NCBI GenBank assembly: GCA_025786725.1
Contig: JAHLTZ010000002.1
Span: forward strand, 558,001 to 622,000
Length of the DNA: 64,000 nucleotides
DNA from: Syncephalis fuscata S228
Lineage: Eukaryota; Fungi; Zoopagomycota
Direction: 5' to 3'
Numbering within the stretch: position 1 is the stretch's first letter; each line of letters begins with the position of its first letter. Shown here one piece after another: positions 25,886 through 39,464 of this stretch. The position numbers and the translations under genes are program-made. A model generated the notes under the pieces. The model saw nothing but the letters and a program-made list of their open reading frames with translations, had not been told where the DNA came from and ran no database searches.

Positions 25886-26555
25886 AGCTGTTGTTGTAGA
25901 TTGCGCCAAGTGAAAGAAAAGAAGGAAAGAAAGCGTGAGGAAAGGAGTGCAAGCCGGACGGCTGATGGATAGAAATAAGAAAAAGCACAATGATAACAAC
26001 GGCAGTAGCCGCGATAACTGATCGCATGGCAGTTGTAATGAGAATAAAAGCAAAAGTCTTTGCTCACACGTACTTTTTAATGTGTGTATGTGTGTATACG
26101 TTCAGCAAATATGTATGTAATATATATGCTGTAATCAACTATGAACACAATATAAAACTTGCAGTTGTAATAGAGGAAAAGGACTTTTAAAATAGCAATA
26201 TTTTCCGCAGTGGTGAGAGAAAGCGGTAGTAATAAGAACCGGATTAGTAAAGAAAACGTGCACATGCCAACAATAAGTTTCTACCCCAACAGCTGTAGCT
26301 CTTTCAATGGCTGCTCTATCCGATTGGTTGATAGAGTAGCTAGTTTATCGTTTATCAGCATCACATTAACTACTATTAATAAGCTGATGGTTATTCAATG
26401 GCGATTATAATGGATGTGTTAAATGGTAATCAATCATTATTACGATAATCTGTTAAACTATTTATTAAAATATACTACTTCCCAATACTAACACAAAACA
26501 AAATACTATGTTTTGAGCTATTTACTATAGTTATAATGATGCTTAAACTAGTAAA

Positions 26556-28748
26556 CTAGAAATCAAATTCGCCTTTAAACTGGTCGAGGTTAGCGCCAGG
26601 TTGGGCAAGTTCAGCCAAGTCCGCACGATCCTATTGTCATATGGCATGATTAATCATTGATGATGCTGCCAGATAATAGCACTATTGCCACTTACCATCA
26701 TGTAGAATGAACGACGTAAAGTCTCCCATAGGCTAGCACTAACATTAACGGTAGTTTGCTTGTTATCGTGCATCGCTAGTGCACCAAGTAAATGCTCTAC
26801 AGCTTCTCGGTGACAACCAATATTGACACAACTAACACCGAGGTTGTAGCGGGCCCGTACAAATGTTGGTTTAATATCAAGTGCTCGATGATAAGCCGAT
26901 ATCGCTTCTTCGCTTTTGCCCGAGTTGGCAAGTGTTGCACCCAAACGATTCCATAATAAATAGTCCTATTTAAATAAACATTTAATTAATTAACTAATTA
27001 ACCAATTAAAGAGTTAATTAAATGATATGCTTACCTGAGGACGACTTTCTAGCGCTGATACAAAGCAGTCGACAGCCTTTGTATATTCGCCGCCACCATA
27101 GAATAGAATGCCTAGGCCTACTTGGACATCTGGATCCATATCACGGCTAATGCCATCGCTGTTACGTGCAGCAATAAGGAATGAATCGATAATACGATCA
27201 CGTAATTCCATGCTCATAGCAGCACCATCAACAATGGGTAAATCCGGATAACGTTCTCGTAACCAGCGTTCAAGTGTAGCATACGCTTGTCGATCGTAGC
27301 CTTCGTTGACAAGACTAACGGCCAATGGCTATTATACAGATATAACCGTTAAACATCAACTATACCATTGATAACATGATTACTTACCACGTAAGCAGCT
27401 AGACAGCCTGAATCCAATTCGAGAGATCGTTCTAAAGCGCGTACAGCAGCTGATTCTTTTTCATTTTCGGCTTGGACCTCACCCAACTCTCGCCATACAT
27501 CTGCGTTATCCGACGAGGCTCCTTGGACAGCTGCTTCAAATGCGAGTGCTGCCTCGGTAAGCGAGCCACCTTCATGACGAAGTCGTTGACCCTCAGCCAA
27601 TGGATCTGGATGTTGCATATATGGATTATCCGTTTCAAATGTATAAGGACCACCAGCCAGTGTACGCTGGAACTGAGACTGCCAGTCATCTTCGCCGACA
27701 TCATCCTCCAAATCCTGGTTCCAAAGTGCCTCAAACTTCGACATCATCTCATCTTGTACCTTTTGCGCGTTGTTTTCATCATCAACGGTCGGTTCAAATT
27801 CTTTGGTCCAATCCTCGGCCGTTGCGGCTGTATCTACTTCTCCAAGAATAGAGGCACCTTCTGGCTGTTGCCCTTAACATCATGTTGTGCAAATTCGGTT
27901 GACCAATCGGCATGTCGTGCGAATGCCGCCTCTAACGCCGCCTCTTCTTCCGGACCAAACTTTACCGGCTGCTGTGCATGATGATTAAGAAATTCATTTC
28001 GCCAATTAGCTAATCATTATAATTAGCGCCATCAATCTACATCTATTCATTATACGCTACTTACCTGGCATGTGCTCATAGACAGAAAATGCTTGATTAA
28101 ATGCCTCTTGTTCAGCCGGCGCTAATGCTCCCAACTTTGGCTCGAATCCATGAACTCTTGAGCCCAATTGCCTAGTTGCCAATACTTAGTATGCCAGCTA
28201 CTTAATCATTAATATGTTTACTAATACCAACCTTGCATTGGTGGTGCAACATCTGGTGGCAGTACAGAAATATCAGCCAATTCACCATGTAGTTGACTGA
28301 ATTCAAATGGATGATTGCCCATTTCTCGGCCTTCAGCACCAGCTTGTTGCTGTTGAAAGAACTCTTTCACCATCTATAGCATAATATATTAATAAATAGC
28401 ACAATTAAATACAATAGCCTCCTACCTCCTGGTCCATTAAACTAGGCCCCGGACCAGCTTGACGAAATACGCCCTATTACAACACGTATAATTAGACTAG
28501 ACAAACAATCCTTTTAAACTACCTACCTGACCAGTGCTTGAACCACTTTGTAACGCGTCATGAACTCGATCCTATATAAATAAATAGAAAAACATCAATC
28601 ATAAGTAGACATATGTTAGATATGCCTTTTGCGCAGTATATGTACAGCTACTTACACGCTGTAGCGATTTGTCTTCTTGAAACTTTTTCGAGAACTGCAT
28701 CATGGCATTAGAGCCAGAGCACTCGGCACCGTTAAACATGTTAGCCAT
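26556..28748 (-). CDS. PEX5: Peroxisomal PTS1 receptor PEX5
   Basis: N-terminal MANMFNGAECSGSN with the conserved Cys; several WxxxF motifs (WAQEF, WRNEF, WSTEF, WTKEF, WQSQF); TPRs LWNRLGATLANSG..FVRARYNLGVSC; ends FKGEFDF. Confidence 0.95.
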
Positions 28749-29107
28749 AACAATTCGTATAGATTCAAGCTAAAGATACAAAAGAACTAAAGAAGCAGGA
28801 ATACAAGTAGACATCAACAAGCAGAAGTAGGAACAACCGTGGTAGCCGTTGGTTGATCAATTAGTACCAACAAGCGTGAGAGAGTCGATAGGCGAGTCGG
28901 TTTGATGATGCCGACTATAATCCCGTGATCTAAATTGATGACATTAATGTAGTTTAATCCTATTATTTTAATCAACGGACATTCTCACCTTAGTATTACT
29001 GCCACCACCATTATTATTATTATCGCTACCTACATTCAGTCGTTCTTGTCATCTCTTCCACGAGGCCCTGTTATCAATAAATACATATTCATTGCAAATA
29101 ACCATTT

Positions 29108-29828
29108 AATTACATGCGTAGTAATTGAACAGTTAATAATTAATATAAATTAATATAATTGAAGTAAATGTTGGCAACCACATTTTTATTTACTCATTTC
29201 ACTTCCTTTTCTTGATACTTTAAATACAATTAAACACTATTCATTACTATTACATGTATAATATTGTATTCAACATTAATTAATTCATGTGTAATGATCA
29301 GTACAATAATGTAATTAATTAGTTATTTTTATTATTGCTTTAATATATATATATATTGTCATTTATTTAGTCGATTGGCTATAGTGAGAAGTGGCTGTTT
29401 AATAAACGACATTTATAATAATTATATTAATATTGATCTTACATCACAAATATGCCCAAAATGCAATAGTAGAATATTAAAAAATAAAAGAAACCATTAA
29501 AATGTAATAATCTATGCTGTACATAGACACAATAACAACAAATGCGGAATGGCATGGAATCACAATCATATGGCTTCTATTAATATTTGATCAATCTTTC
29601 TACACATGACCAACAACAATAATAATCGGTCTAAATGTTTCAAAGTAGTCAAATGAAAGCATTATAGCTATATTTGTTGTACATATCAGTGCGACTTGAA
29701 TTGGAACAAATTTGCTTTGAAGACTTCAAATGTGGGAGTCAAAGTAAAGTTCAAGCAATTACATACGTAGTAATTGATCAACGTTAATTAATATAAATAA
29801 TAGAATTTGAAGTAAACGTTGGTAACCA
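29108..29828. repeat. Pair of ~72-bp imperfect direct repeats (29108-29180 and 29757-29828)
   Basis: AATTACATGCGTAGTAATTGA..TGAAGTAAATGTTGGCAACCA versus AATTACATACGTAGTAATTGA..TGAAGTAAACGTTGGTAACCA. Confidence 0.75.
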
Positions 29829-30162
29829 GTCACGTACATACCATTGATACACACGGCACAGACACGTTTCTGCCCCGTCAATGATTTCCCGTGCAGTTTC
29901 TATTTCTGTCCAAGCCCGATTCCTTGTACGCTCCACAAAGCTACCCGCTAATTTGGTGCACATCTTTGTATCTCTATTTCTTGGCTTTTTGCAACCTCAG
30001 TGTTCATTTTATTTCACTTTACTCAACTCTTGCGGAGCATGTTGCTTTGGTGACGGTATAAACGGCGCATTTCACTCACTTCAACTAAAACATAGAACTA
30101 GTGTCCAATTGATTGTAGATACGCTATCGTCCGCTACCTGTTCGTCTTGCTGCTCTTCTGTC

Positions 30163-30883
30163 ATGCAGTGCACAGCAAGTAGTCCACAATCATGGCCAAA
30201 TGGCCCATTATCCACACTGGCGTCGTCGTCGTCGTCGTCGTTGTCGACACAGCCATCCCCATCAGCATCGGCATTGTCACAAGGTATGTTTAATTAATAC
30301 TTTAAGCTTTATTTTGCTTTATATCACTAATAAAACAAATTCAGCTGTACTGGATACAGCCTATAAATCAATTACCAATACCAACTATCCACATATCCAG
30401 CGAAAGTGGCTTGTAGACTCATTTGACGAGGATGATTTGGAAAACAACGTCGGTGATACGCATAGAGAACGTCATATGACCAACTCATCTGATCATAACA
30501 AATCAACTGAACATTGTAGCGAGGATAATCAAGAACTTGCCAATGGCCATATAAAACATAGTAAGCACAATTCATCTCTAGGTACACTGCGTCGCATTCG
30601 TATTTCATTACGGGGTCTATCTCGTCCACGTACTGCCATGAATATTACTAAAAATCTACATCCATTTATTCCAGAAGAGAATACCAACGAATTTCAAAAT
30701 ACACAGATCCCACAAAAGCCTATGAAAATTATTCGTAAAAATCGGCAACAATATACACCACTCGTACCACTTTTATCTCCACCTAACAATAGCAATAGTT
30801 TTTCGCGCTCTGTATCGTTATCATCGTGTTCATCGGCCGCGTTAAACGATATAAACTTTCAACGTGCTGTATTAAGTGCATAA
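30163..30883 (+). CDS. Hypothetical Ser-rich protein, two exons (30163-30283, 30345-30883)
   Basis: The intron GTATGT..ACTAAT..TTCAG joins the two ORFs in phase (SALSQ-AVLDTAY); no recognised domain. Confidence 0.6.
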
Positions 30884-31074
30884 TTATCTAAAACGTGCTT
30901 GAAAGTCTTTTTCTTTTACTTATACATAATCAATTAAATAGCTTTATGATAAATAAAGAATAGTATTAGCAATTACAATAACAAATAGCTAAATAATATT
31001 AATAAAATATATAAAACTTTTATCCAATTGTAACAAAGAATTAGCTATTATTTTTTTCTGTTTTTTGTAACTTC

Positions 31075-33352
31075 ATGGCCCATTCAAAAAAAGACGATAA
31101 GCAGCTTAAACGCGATAAAAAGCGTAAAAGCATTCAACATGAATCTGAAACAGTAAAAGACCTTACTGTCTTAAAAGATCATTCAAATGATTCTATGAAA
31201 AAGCAAAAGGTATTTTATACAAGCAAACTTAAGCATGGCACTAAGATTAGAATAGCACAAACATTCCAAACCAGCCTTGGAGGAAAAGAAGGAAAAGGAG
31301 CATAAGAAACACAAGAAGCATAAGAAGCATAAGACTTTATCAGGAGATACAGATAAAGAGTCAGATACAGTAATTGAAAAGACAAAAATACATAAAGAAC
31401 ATAAATCTGAAAAGAAGAAAAAAGAAGGAAAAGAAAGCGTTAAAGCATCAACAGAAAGATGATATCGATAGCGATATGAGAAGAAAAGTGAAATGAAGAG
31501 AATAAGAAGACATACTAGCGACAGTGCCATCTGAATATCATAAAGTGTATCTAAAATGGCCATGGCATCATCTGATGAAGAATTGGATGAAATGTCTGAT
31601 GAAGAGAGTGACAGTGAACGAAGAATGACAACACGATTAAACAGGACAAAGTACGAAATTAAGTTTACGTGAAATATTCCAGAAACGATGGAAAAAGCAA
31701 GAAAGCAATAAACATGTAGCACCATTGCCCACTCAACAGCCATGGGGAACAATCAAGCTTGTTGATGGACAATATACTAATATGTCGCATGAAAATCTTC
31801 ATCCCAATGCTGTAGAGAGACGTGAAACACTGACACAAAAAGAAAAAGCTACATTATTACAGTATCGTATCATAAGAGAAAACCACCCTAGAGCAGTTAA
31901 CAGTTTTGCACAGTTAGAAAGTATTGGTAAGTAAATTTTACATAATATTAGTATATTCACTATCAAATAGTTGACTAATATGCTTTCTAATTGCTATTTA
32001 AACCATAGGTATTGTGCCACGGCGTGGACCCATCAATGCTGATGAAAGTATGCGTATGTTGCAGATATTAGAGTCTTTATGTCTGGTAAGTTGTTGTTTA
32101 TTAACAAAACAGTAAAGAATAAATAACTAATAGAGAACAACACACTAGGAGTACAATCTTACACCTTCAGATTTACGTGAAGTTATGAGCCAGCGTACCG
32201 ATGCTACCGATCGACAATATAATGGATTTTGGCAACAACTTCAATTAGCCTGTCCGGATCGACCATCAGTAATGATTGTACGTCATCTTCGATATATTTT
32301 GGACGATGAACTGCACACGCGAGACTGGACCAAAGAGGAGAAGCCCAACTATTACGGTAGGTATTGCATAATAGTATAAATAAGGCCATTGTGCAATGAT
32401 CTAATGATTCAATAGTCTATTTACAAATATAACGGTAACTGGATAAAGATAGCTGAACGTATGGGTATTAAGCGACGTGTTTGCTACGAACACTATCGCA
32501 CACTGCATATTGATCGTAATTTAGAACGAGGTAAGTATGGGAGTAGTCAGCGCAATATAACTGACCATTTATTCGATGATAGGTAGTTGGTCGTTATTGG
32601 AGAAACGACGTCTCGTAGCCACCGTGCTTGAACATATTAAAAAGAATCATGGTGATATTCGTGAGTTTATGCGTTTACGTATTAAAGAAGCCTATGCATC
32701 TATACGATGGCAGGAGATCAGTCGTGAATTCCCTCGTCGTGATGCATGGCAGTGTCGCAATGCTTGGTGAGTATCAATAGTATACAAAATGTATTGATAA
32801 TATGGAAAGTTAATTAAGTACACCCATTTAGGCGAAGTATCATCCATACTGTATATAACAATATGGAAGAATTTGGTCGTCGAATGACAGCTGAGGAATT
32901 TAATATTCATGATGATCGTCGTTTATTATCTTTGTATGTATAATGAAAAGCCAATACTATCTTAGAGTATTCACTAATAATATACAAATAGGATCTACGA
33001 TAGTGGTATAGAAAGAGATAGTGAAATTAGTTGGATGAGTGTGGCACGCGATATGGATTTTAAATAGTAAGTTGCTAAAACAGCGTTTTTATAGCAATAT
33101 TCTATTTTATTAATCATCTTTATAGTTCTGGATCCATTCTTAGCAAAAGATTTACCCAACTAAAACGCAGTATATTGAACTATAAAACAAAAAGCTTGGA
33201 TGGTGAGTGAAATTTACAAGATATTAATTAGTCTATTTGCTTTATTAACTATTTATATAGAAATTCTTGACGAATTAATTGTTTTAAATAATCAGGCCAT
33301 CCAACAATATGCTAAACCAGTAGAACATGCTGATAACACTTCATCTGATTAA
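31075..33352 (+). CDS. Myb/SANT-repeat protein, Reb1/TTF1/DMTF1-like, with Lys/His-rich N-terminus (several apparent frameshifts)
   Basis: FWQQLQLACPDRP, RDWTKEE, GNWIKIAERMG, GSWSLLEKRRL, IRWQEISREFPRRDAWQCRNAW, EISWMSVA repeats across short introns. Confidence 0.78.
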
Positions 33353-33671
33353 AAATAGTTTTTACAGTAATAATCATAAAGGAGTATTAATTAGTTCATA
33401 AATATTTTGCAATAAAATAATATTTTTTATTTAAAATATGATAAATATACCGTAGCATTTACAAGCGACTTTTGTTGTAATGTCAATGACAGTAATAATA
33501 ATAATAACAATAATAGTATGCAGTAATACAAATCATCCAAGCAATTAAGATTGTCTAAATAAGCCAATAGTAGCTAATTACTAATAGTTTTAATAATAGT
33601 AATAATGATATGAATGAATTGCAGTTTGTAAATTATTGCATTGATAACTTACCTTAATTCTTAATAATTCA

Positions 33672-35379
33672 TTATTGTTTTTTGTCTTTAATAAGCCATT
33701 GCTTTCCAAGTTCATATGTGCCAATCATCACTGCACATGATGGTGCTATCTTCACTACTCGTGCTACCATGCCACGAGTCAATCCGGCCCAGCCTTCACG
33801 ATATACAATATCTCGCATAACCTGACTAAGTTTTACCTGAGAATGGCCTAATAAAAAGCATAATATATTATTGTAAATAACACAAATCATTATTAATATA
33901 CAACTATTTTTTACTTACCATAAGAAGCATTATATTGATGTGTTTGAATACGTGTTTTTATCACATCAAATGGCGTAGTTACAATCGCGGCAATCTATGG
34001 TGTACAAAACATGTATAAGTAATCAATTATTATTATTATATCGATTTATCTACACTGATAAACTTACCATGCCAGAGGTAGCACCGGCTATAAATGCATA
34101 CTGAAATTCATTAAAAATACTCGTTGTCTCTCGGTAATTATTTTGTACAAGTGCTTTTTTAATTGATTCATATCCGAGCCAGTATACAGCAGAAAATGGA
34201 ACATCTCTCCAAAGAGTTGGTGCCAATCCGCGCCACAACGATCTTAGGCCTTCTCGTTGTGTCATTTGACGGACATCACGTACAACTCCTTAATCAAACG
34301 GATATTTGTAAGTATATTTACGATACACGTATGATTAACAAACTTATTTACCTCGAAGATTGCGAGATTCACCATAGGATTGCATCCGAGTACGCACGAG
34401 TTCCATAGGAGATATGACAGTGGCAGTGGCGGCTAAACAACAATCATTAGCACTTGATTTATCAACATTGCCATAGACAGCGTACCTCTCATAGTTCCGC
34501 CAGCCACCAAAGGAATAACATACTGTATCTGTGAAGAGTTTTGGTATTTATTGGACAATAACTCTCGTAATTGGTCATAGCCCACATAGTACATTATGGT
34601 GGCGGGTAAGGACATGGCTCTATATTCACACTTAATTAGTTCCTGCTACTTGCTTGCTGTTCATATAACTTACAGTGTTGGTACAAGTCCACGCCATAGT
34701 GTAGTTGCTCCTTCATGCCGCATGATCGTAAATAAACCATGCTATAATTCAATTAATACGAGTAATGCACATATTAAGTTAGTGTCAAACTTACCCAAGT
34801 GCCACGGATTGGCCTACTACTACTAGCATGGCTAGATGGCATTCTAGCCTTATGGGCAGCCCATAAAAGCTTAGATTTGTACAGTGATGCCACATTAGTT
34901 AACGTAATACGAGGTGGACATAGACATGCGGTATGGTTGTAGCGACAAGGTAGCTCTTTAGCTATATTCTTTCAAAAACCATATGGCATATCTTTTTAGT
35001 GTTAAACGGTTTACGTGTCTTTACCGTCGAAACAGGCTGCGACTGAAGACGAGTTTTTACTACATCCAGCGGTGTTACTAAAAGCGAGGTGATAAGAGCT
35101 CCTGCACATGCAGACACCGCCTTGTAGTAATATTCGTTTAGTGGAGAATTGGCCAGTTGACTAGATGCAGTGGATGAAAGATTACCATCTGCTACAGCTG
35201 TACTGGTCTTTGCCCATTCAGTCGTGTTAATTGTCGTATTATTGTGCTCGCTCATAAGCATCTGTAGCATGAATTAATAAACCAAATCAGTCAGTCATGT
35301 TAGAAAACCTTACTGTTTCGTATTTCATGTTGCTCAGCGCGGTTACAGCGACAGAGGTTCCACCAGTCGGTAGGGTCAT
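33672..35379 (-). CDS. MTM1: Mitochondrial carrier, SLC25A39/40 (Mtm1)-like
   Basis: GALITSLLVTPLDVVKTRLQSQ, LWRGLVPTL.MSLPAT, LWRGLAPTLWRDVPFSAVYW, TTPFDVIKTR, KIAPSCAVMIGTYELGK. The start codon is tentative. Confidence 0.88.
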
Positions 35380-35731
35380 ACTAGCAAAGCAACTGTTTAT
35401 CGTCAACACGTTTCTTCAGCTGCTCTATGGACAATAAAGGCGTATATGTTTTATATATACACTGTTATTGCCTATATGCTTTCTTTTATTACTATTTATA
35501 CAATGCTAAAGGCAGTGATCGTAACAAACAAGTGGGCATATATCGACAAAAAAGAATGACGACCTGAAAGTAAGGAAAAAGACAAGGAATTAATTTGTTC
35601 CATGTATCAGAAATTGTGTGAGTTATATCCGTTGATTGGCAGACAAAAATAGATCTGGGAACTATTGCTTATCAGATGGTCAATCGACAGTTTTAATATC
35701 CGCCTTTTTCTTTTATTCTACAACAAAATCA

Positions 35732-37267
35732 ATGACATCCCAGCCTTCCTTGGCCCAGGTGGACACCGGCTATCATGCCGATTGTGTTGAGTGCTGTCCG
35801 CTCGCAGGTGATAAAGAAGCAGACACGGCCCGATGGCTGGTATGTGGCACCTATCAACTAGTGGATGCTAAGGAAGGTGGCGACGAGAATATAGCTACGT
35901 CGTCGGATGCGCCAGACGATACAGCGTCACCACAGAAGCGACGTATTGGACGTGTTATGGTGTATGAAATGTTGCACAGTCATGATGGAGATAGTAAAGT
36001 AACAGAGCAATTGTAACTATATTACTTAATATTGATTGGCTATTATTAATCTACTATTGATCAATTAGACGATTGCACCAAACGATAGATACATCTGCGG
36101 TATTAGATATGAAATGGTAAGTTACTGCTTGTTAAATAAATAACTGTGTAATTATTATTGTAGGTCACATCGTGCTATGGGTTCAAATAATGAATGGGTT
36201 ATTGGACAGGCCAGCGCTGATGGATCGGTGACAATCCACGCACTTACAGACCAGGCCCAGCAATCTAACAATGAGTCCAATTATCCTGTGTTGCGCGAAT
36301 TAGCTCGTACACCATTAGAAAAGTCAGAAAGTCTAGACAAAGATTTGCTTTGCTTGTCATTGGATTGGGGAAATCGTGTTGTTGCAAGGTATGGTATAAA
36401 ACGGTGTGTATTATTATCAATAGAACTCATATGAGATATAGCTATGACAAACTTGTAGTTAGCCGTAGTGATGGGAAGATTGAATTATTGACGTGGGGAG
36501 ATGGCGGTCATTTGACGACTGAGCAATGCTGGTCAGCTCATGAGTTTGAAGCTTGGATTGCCGCCTTTGACTATCATCGGCCCACTACTGTGTTTTCGGG
36601 TAAGCAATTTCGTTGCTAGTTACCGAGTATCTCATTGATATTGTTATAGGTGGAGATGATAGCAAGCTTTGTGCCTGGGATCTACGCTCCGGTAGTGCTA
36701 TGCCAATGTGGAAAAGTAGCGCGTAAGTAGCGACTATTCAAAGCTATCATTTATGGGCCGGCAATACTGATTATTAGTAGACATGATATGGGAGTCTGTA
36801 GTATACAATCTAGCCCATTTCGTGAACACATCATTGTTTCTGGCAGGTAATTTGTTTAGATGCTCACATAGTAATAATAATACTAATTGTTGTTAGCTAT
36901 GATGAGCGTGTTTTGTTATGGGATACACGCCAACGGCGACGACCTTTATCTGAATGTCGCGTTGACGGTGGGGTCTGGCGTTTGAAATGGCATCCTACCG
37001 ATGAGACGCGTCTTCTTGCCGCTTGTATGCACGCTGGTGCACGTTGTCTTAAAGTTGAGAATGATATATTAACCGTTACCGAGCAATTTGAAGCACATCA
37101 GTCAATGAACTATGGTGCCGATTGGAGTTATGAAACTCAAAGAGACTCGCAGTCTTTAATTGGTACATGTTCATTTTATGACCATGTATTACATCTCTGG
37201 TGAGTAGTTTATTAATTACTCAAATAGATGAGAATGCTAATACTTTATTAGGCAAACTAGCACTTAA
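35732..37267 (+). CDS. DPH7: Diphthine methylesterase DPH7/WDR85 (WD40)
   Basis: ADCVECCP, LVCGTYQL, LCLSLDW, AHEFEAWIAAFDY, GGDDSKLCAWDLR, HDMGVCSI, GGVWRLKWHP, MNYGADWS, TCSFYDHVLHLW. Confidence 0.92.
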
Positions 37268-37696
37268 ATTGATGTTCAATAAAGTGTGTTAAATAAATTA
37301 TTAATACAATTTTATTAAGACTATTAAATGAAAATAATTTACTAGCTATTGTGTAATTTGATGATCAAATAACTACATTTAATAACATATATGCTTAATC
37401 ACTTCAACGCTCTTAATTGCCACTCCCTACTGTATATTTTTTAACTCTATAATATTTATGGTCTAATAAGTACATGTTAGCTATTGCAATTATTCTTTTG
37501 GTTTTAGAGCTATTATTAATAAATTTCAACTTATTTATTTAACAAACTATGTGTATTTGTAACCTATAATAATATGTTTTTAATATAAAAATGGTATTAG
37601 AAACTAATTCATTGCTATTAATCGTGATAGAAGATTAAAAATGGATAATTTTATTACTAAATATGTTAATATTAATAAGGAATTAGCACTGTTGCT

Positions 37697-39464
37697 TTAT
37701 TCAGTGTGTGCTTTATACGATAAATGTTTAGCTTGAGGTGTAATATTGCTTTGCTTTGTTGTAAACATACGACGACAGCCGTAGTATAAAAACATGACTA
37801 TTGCCGATGAAACAAGTACAATAAATAGCCATATGTCTGCATTGTTGGCGCGCCACCATGCCATACGTTCACTGGCAGGTTCTAATAACTGGAGGGTGCC
37901 TGGTATAGCGGCCATTTCAACCATATCGGCTGCCATTGGTACACGTCGACTAGCCAATACAGCCATTTTATTTAGGCGCTGCATTGCTAGCTGAGCTTGC
38001 AGCCCATTGTTACCATGCAGCAACTGATCCAATTTATCTACAATATTATCCACAGTAGCATCTGCCCAAAGCAGTCTTTCACCGGCACCAAGATGCTTTA
38101 AACGCAAGGCATTCCAAGGCTGATCAGCAAATCCAGGTATACAAAGCACTAAAGTATTGGTTATCATAGCGTCATGTACAGATGTGAGACCGCAATGAGA
38201 AATGGTTCCACGAACGGAAGGATGCTCGAGTACTGCACGTTGCGGAGCACGCTGCATAATTCTTATAAATGGATGGTTTCCATTAAGCATGTCATCTAAA
38301 CGATGCTCTTTTGTATTAGAAGAATCTAGTAAATGCGAGTTAACGTATCCTGTTTGACTACAGTGTACTGACTGCGATAGATTATTAGTATTTGTTAACA
38401 TTAAGCCAAAAATTACACCATCTATCACGCCTTTCTCATAAGCCAAACTAAATGCACATATCAATAATTTGTAATGCGAATCAGGCAATACTGTAATGCT
38501 GCCAAATCCCGTGTATATAATATTTGATCGCTTCTCAATAAATTTTTCTAAATCTGAAGATAGTGGATCATAAACGCTATTTAGCAATGGACCAGCATAG
38601 AACATAGTTGGTGGTAATGGACGGGGTGGCTATATATTGAAATTAGTATTACTTGATTAAGAATTTGAAGATTTACCTCGAATCCCTCAATTGTAAAGAT
38701 AATAACCAATCCAGATGCGTATCGTCCTGTAAAGTCAGTATACAGCTCGATTCCATTTTGTTTTAAAATTGCCTGTTGATAATTCAAACCTCCCCACAAG
38801 TGTATCATGGTTCGAATTGGTTCGTAAACAGCATTAGAAAAGCGCTCCCAAAAAGTGGCATGCTCCATGGTAGCACCAATTGTTCCGGGAGTATATGGCA
38901 AATATGAGGGTGTATCGAATACTATTTAGCCACGTTAGATATTATCTATTAATGGACAAAGCATTTACCTCCAATATCTGCACCAGTAACTGTCACGGCA
39001 AATGGCACATTTGCTTCATACGCAGCATCAATACACGCAAGCGTGAAAAAATCGCAAATAGCTATATCAACATTATTTAATAAAAGCTTACGAAACATCT
39101 TTAGTTCAATTGAATAGTTTGAATACAGGATGTGTAATAGTCTAGCTTTCTGTTCAACAGCATCAAAGTTGGAAGCATCTTCTAATATGTCTTTAAGCTT
39201 TGGAGTCCGCTCCACCATTGGTGCTCCATAGTCAACGTAAGTTACATTTGGATGTTGCAAAGTATCTTGCGGCAAATTTGTAACAAATGTAATACGGTGT
39301 GAACGTTTTACTAATTCACGACATATCTCAAGTACTGGTGTTATATGGCCTTGACTACTATAAATAGATGCGGCCAGTATATGTAGGCTTTGTGTATCAC
39401 TCATGGTGAATAATAAAAACAGTGTTACTACAATAAATAAACCGCGAAAATGATGAATTTTGAT
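37697..39464 (-). CDS. UDP-glycosyltransferase (GT1) copy 2 with C-terminal TM; start unresolved (first ATG at 39404)
   Basis: GHITPVLEICRELVKRSHRITFV, DIAICDFF, APQRAVLEHPSVRGTISHCGLTSVHDAM..IPGFADQPWNA; introns at positions equivalent to copy 1. Confidence 0.9.
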
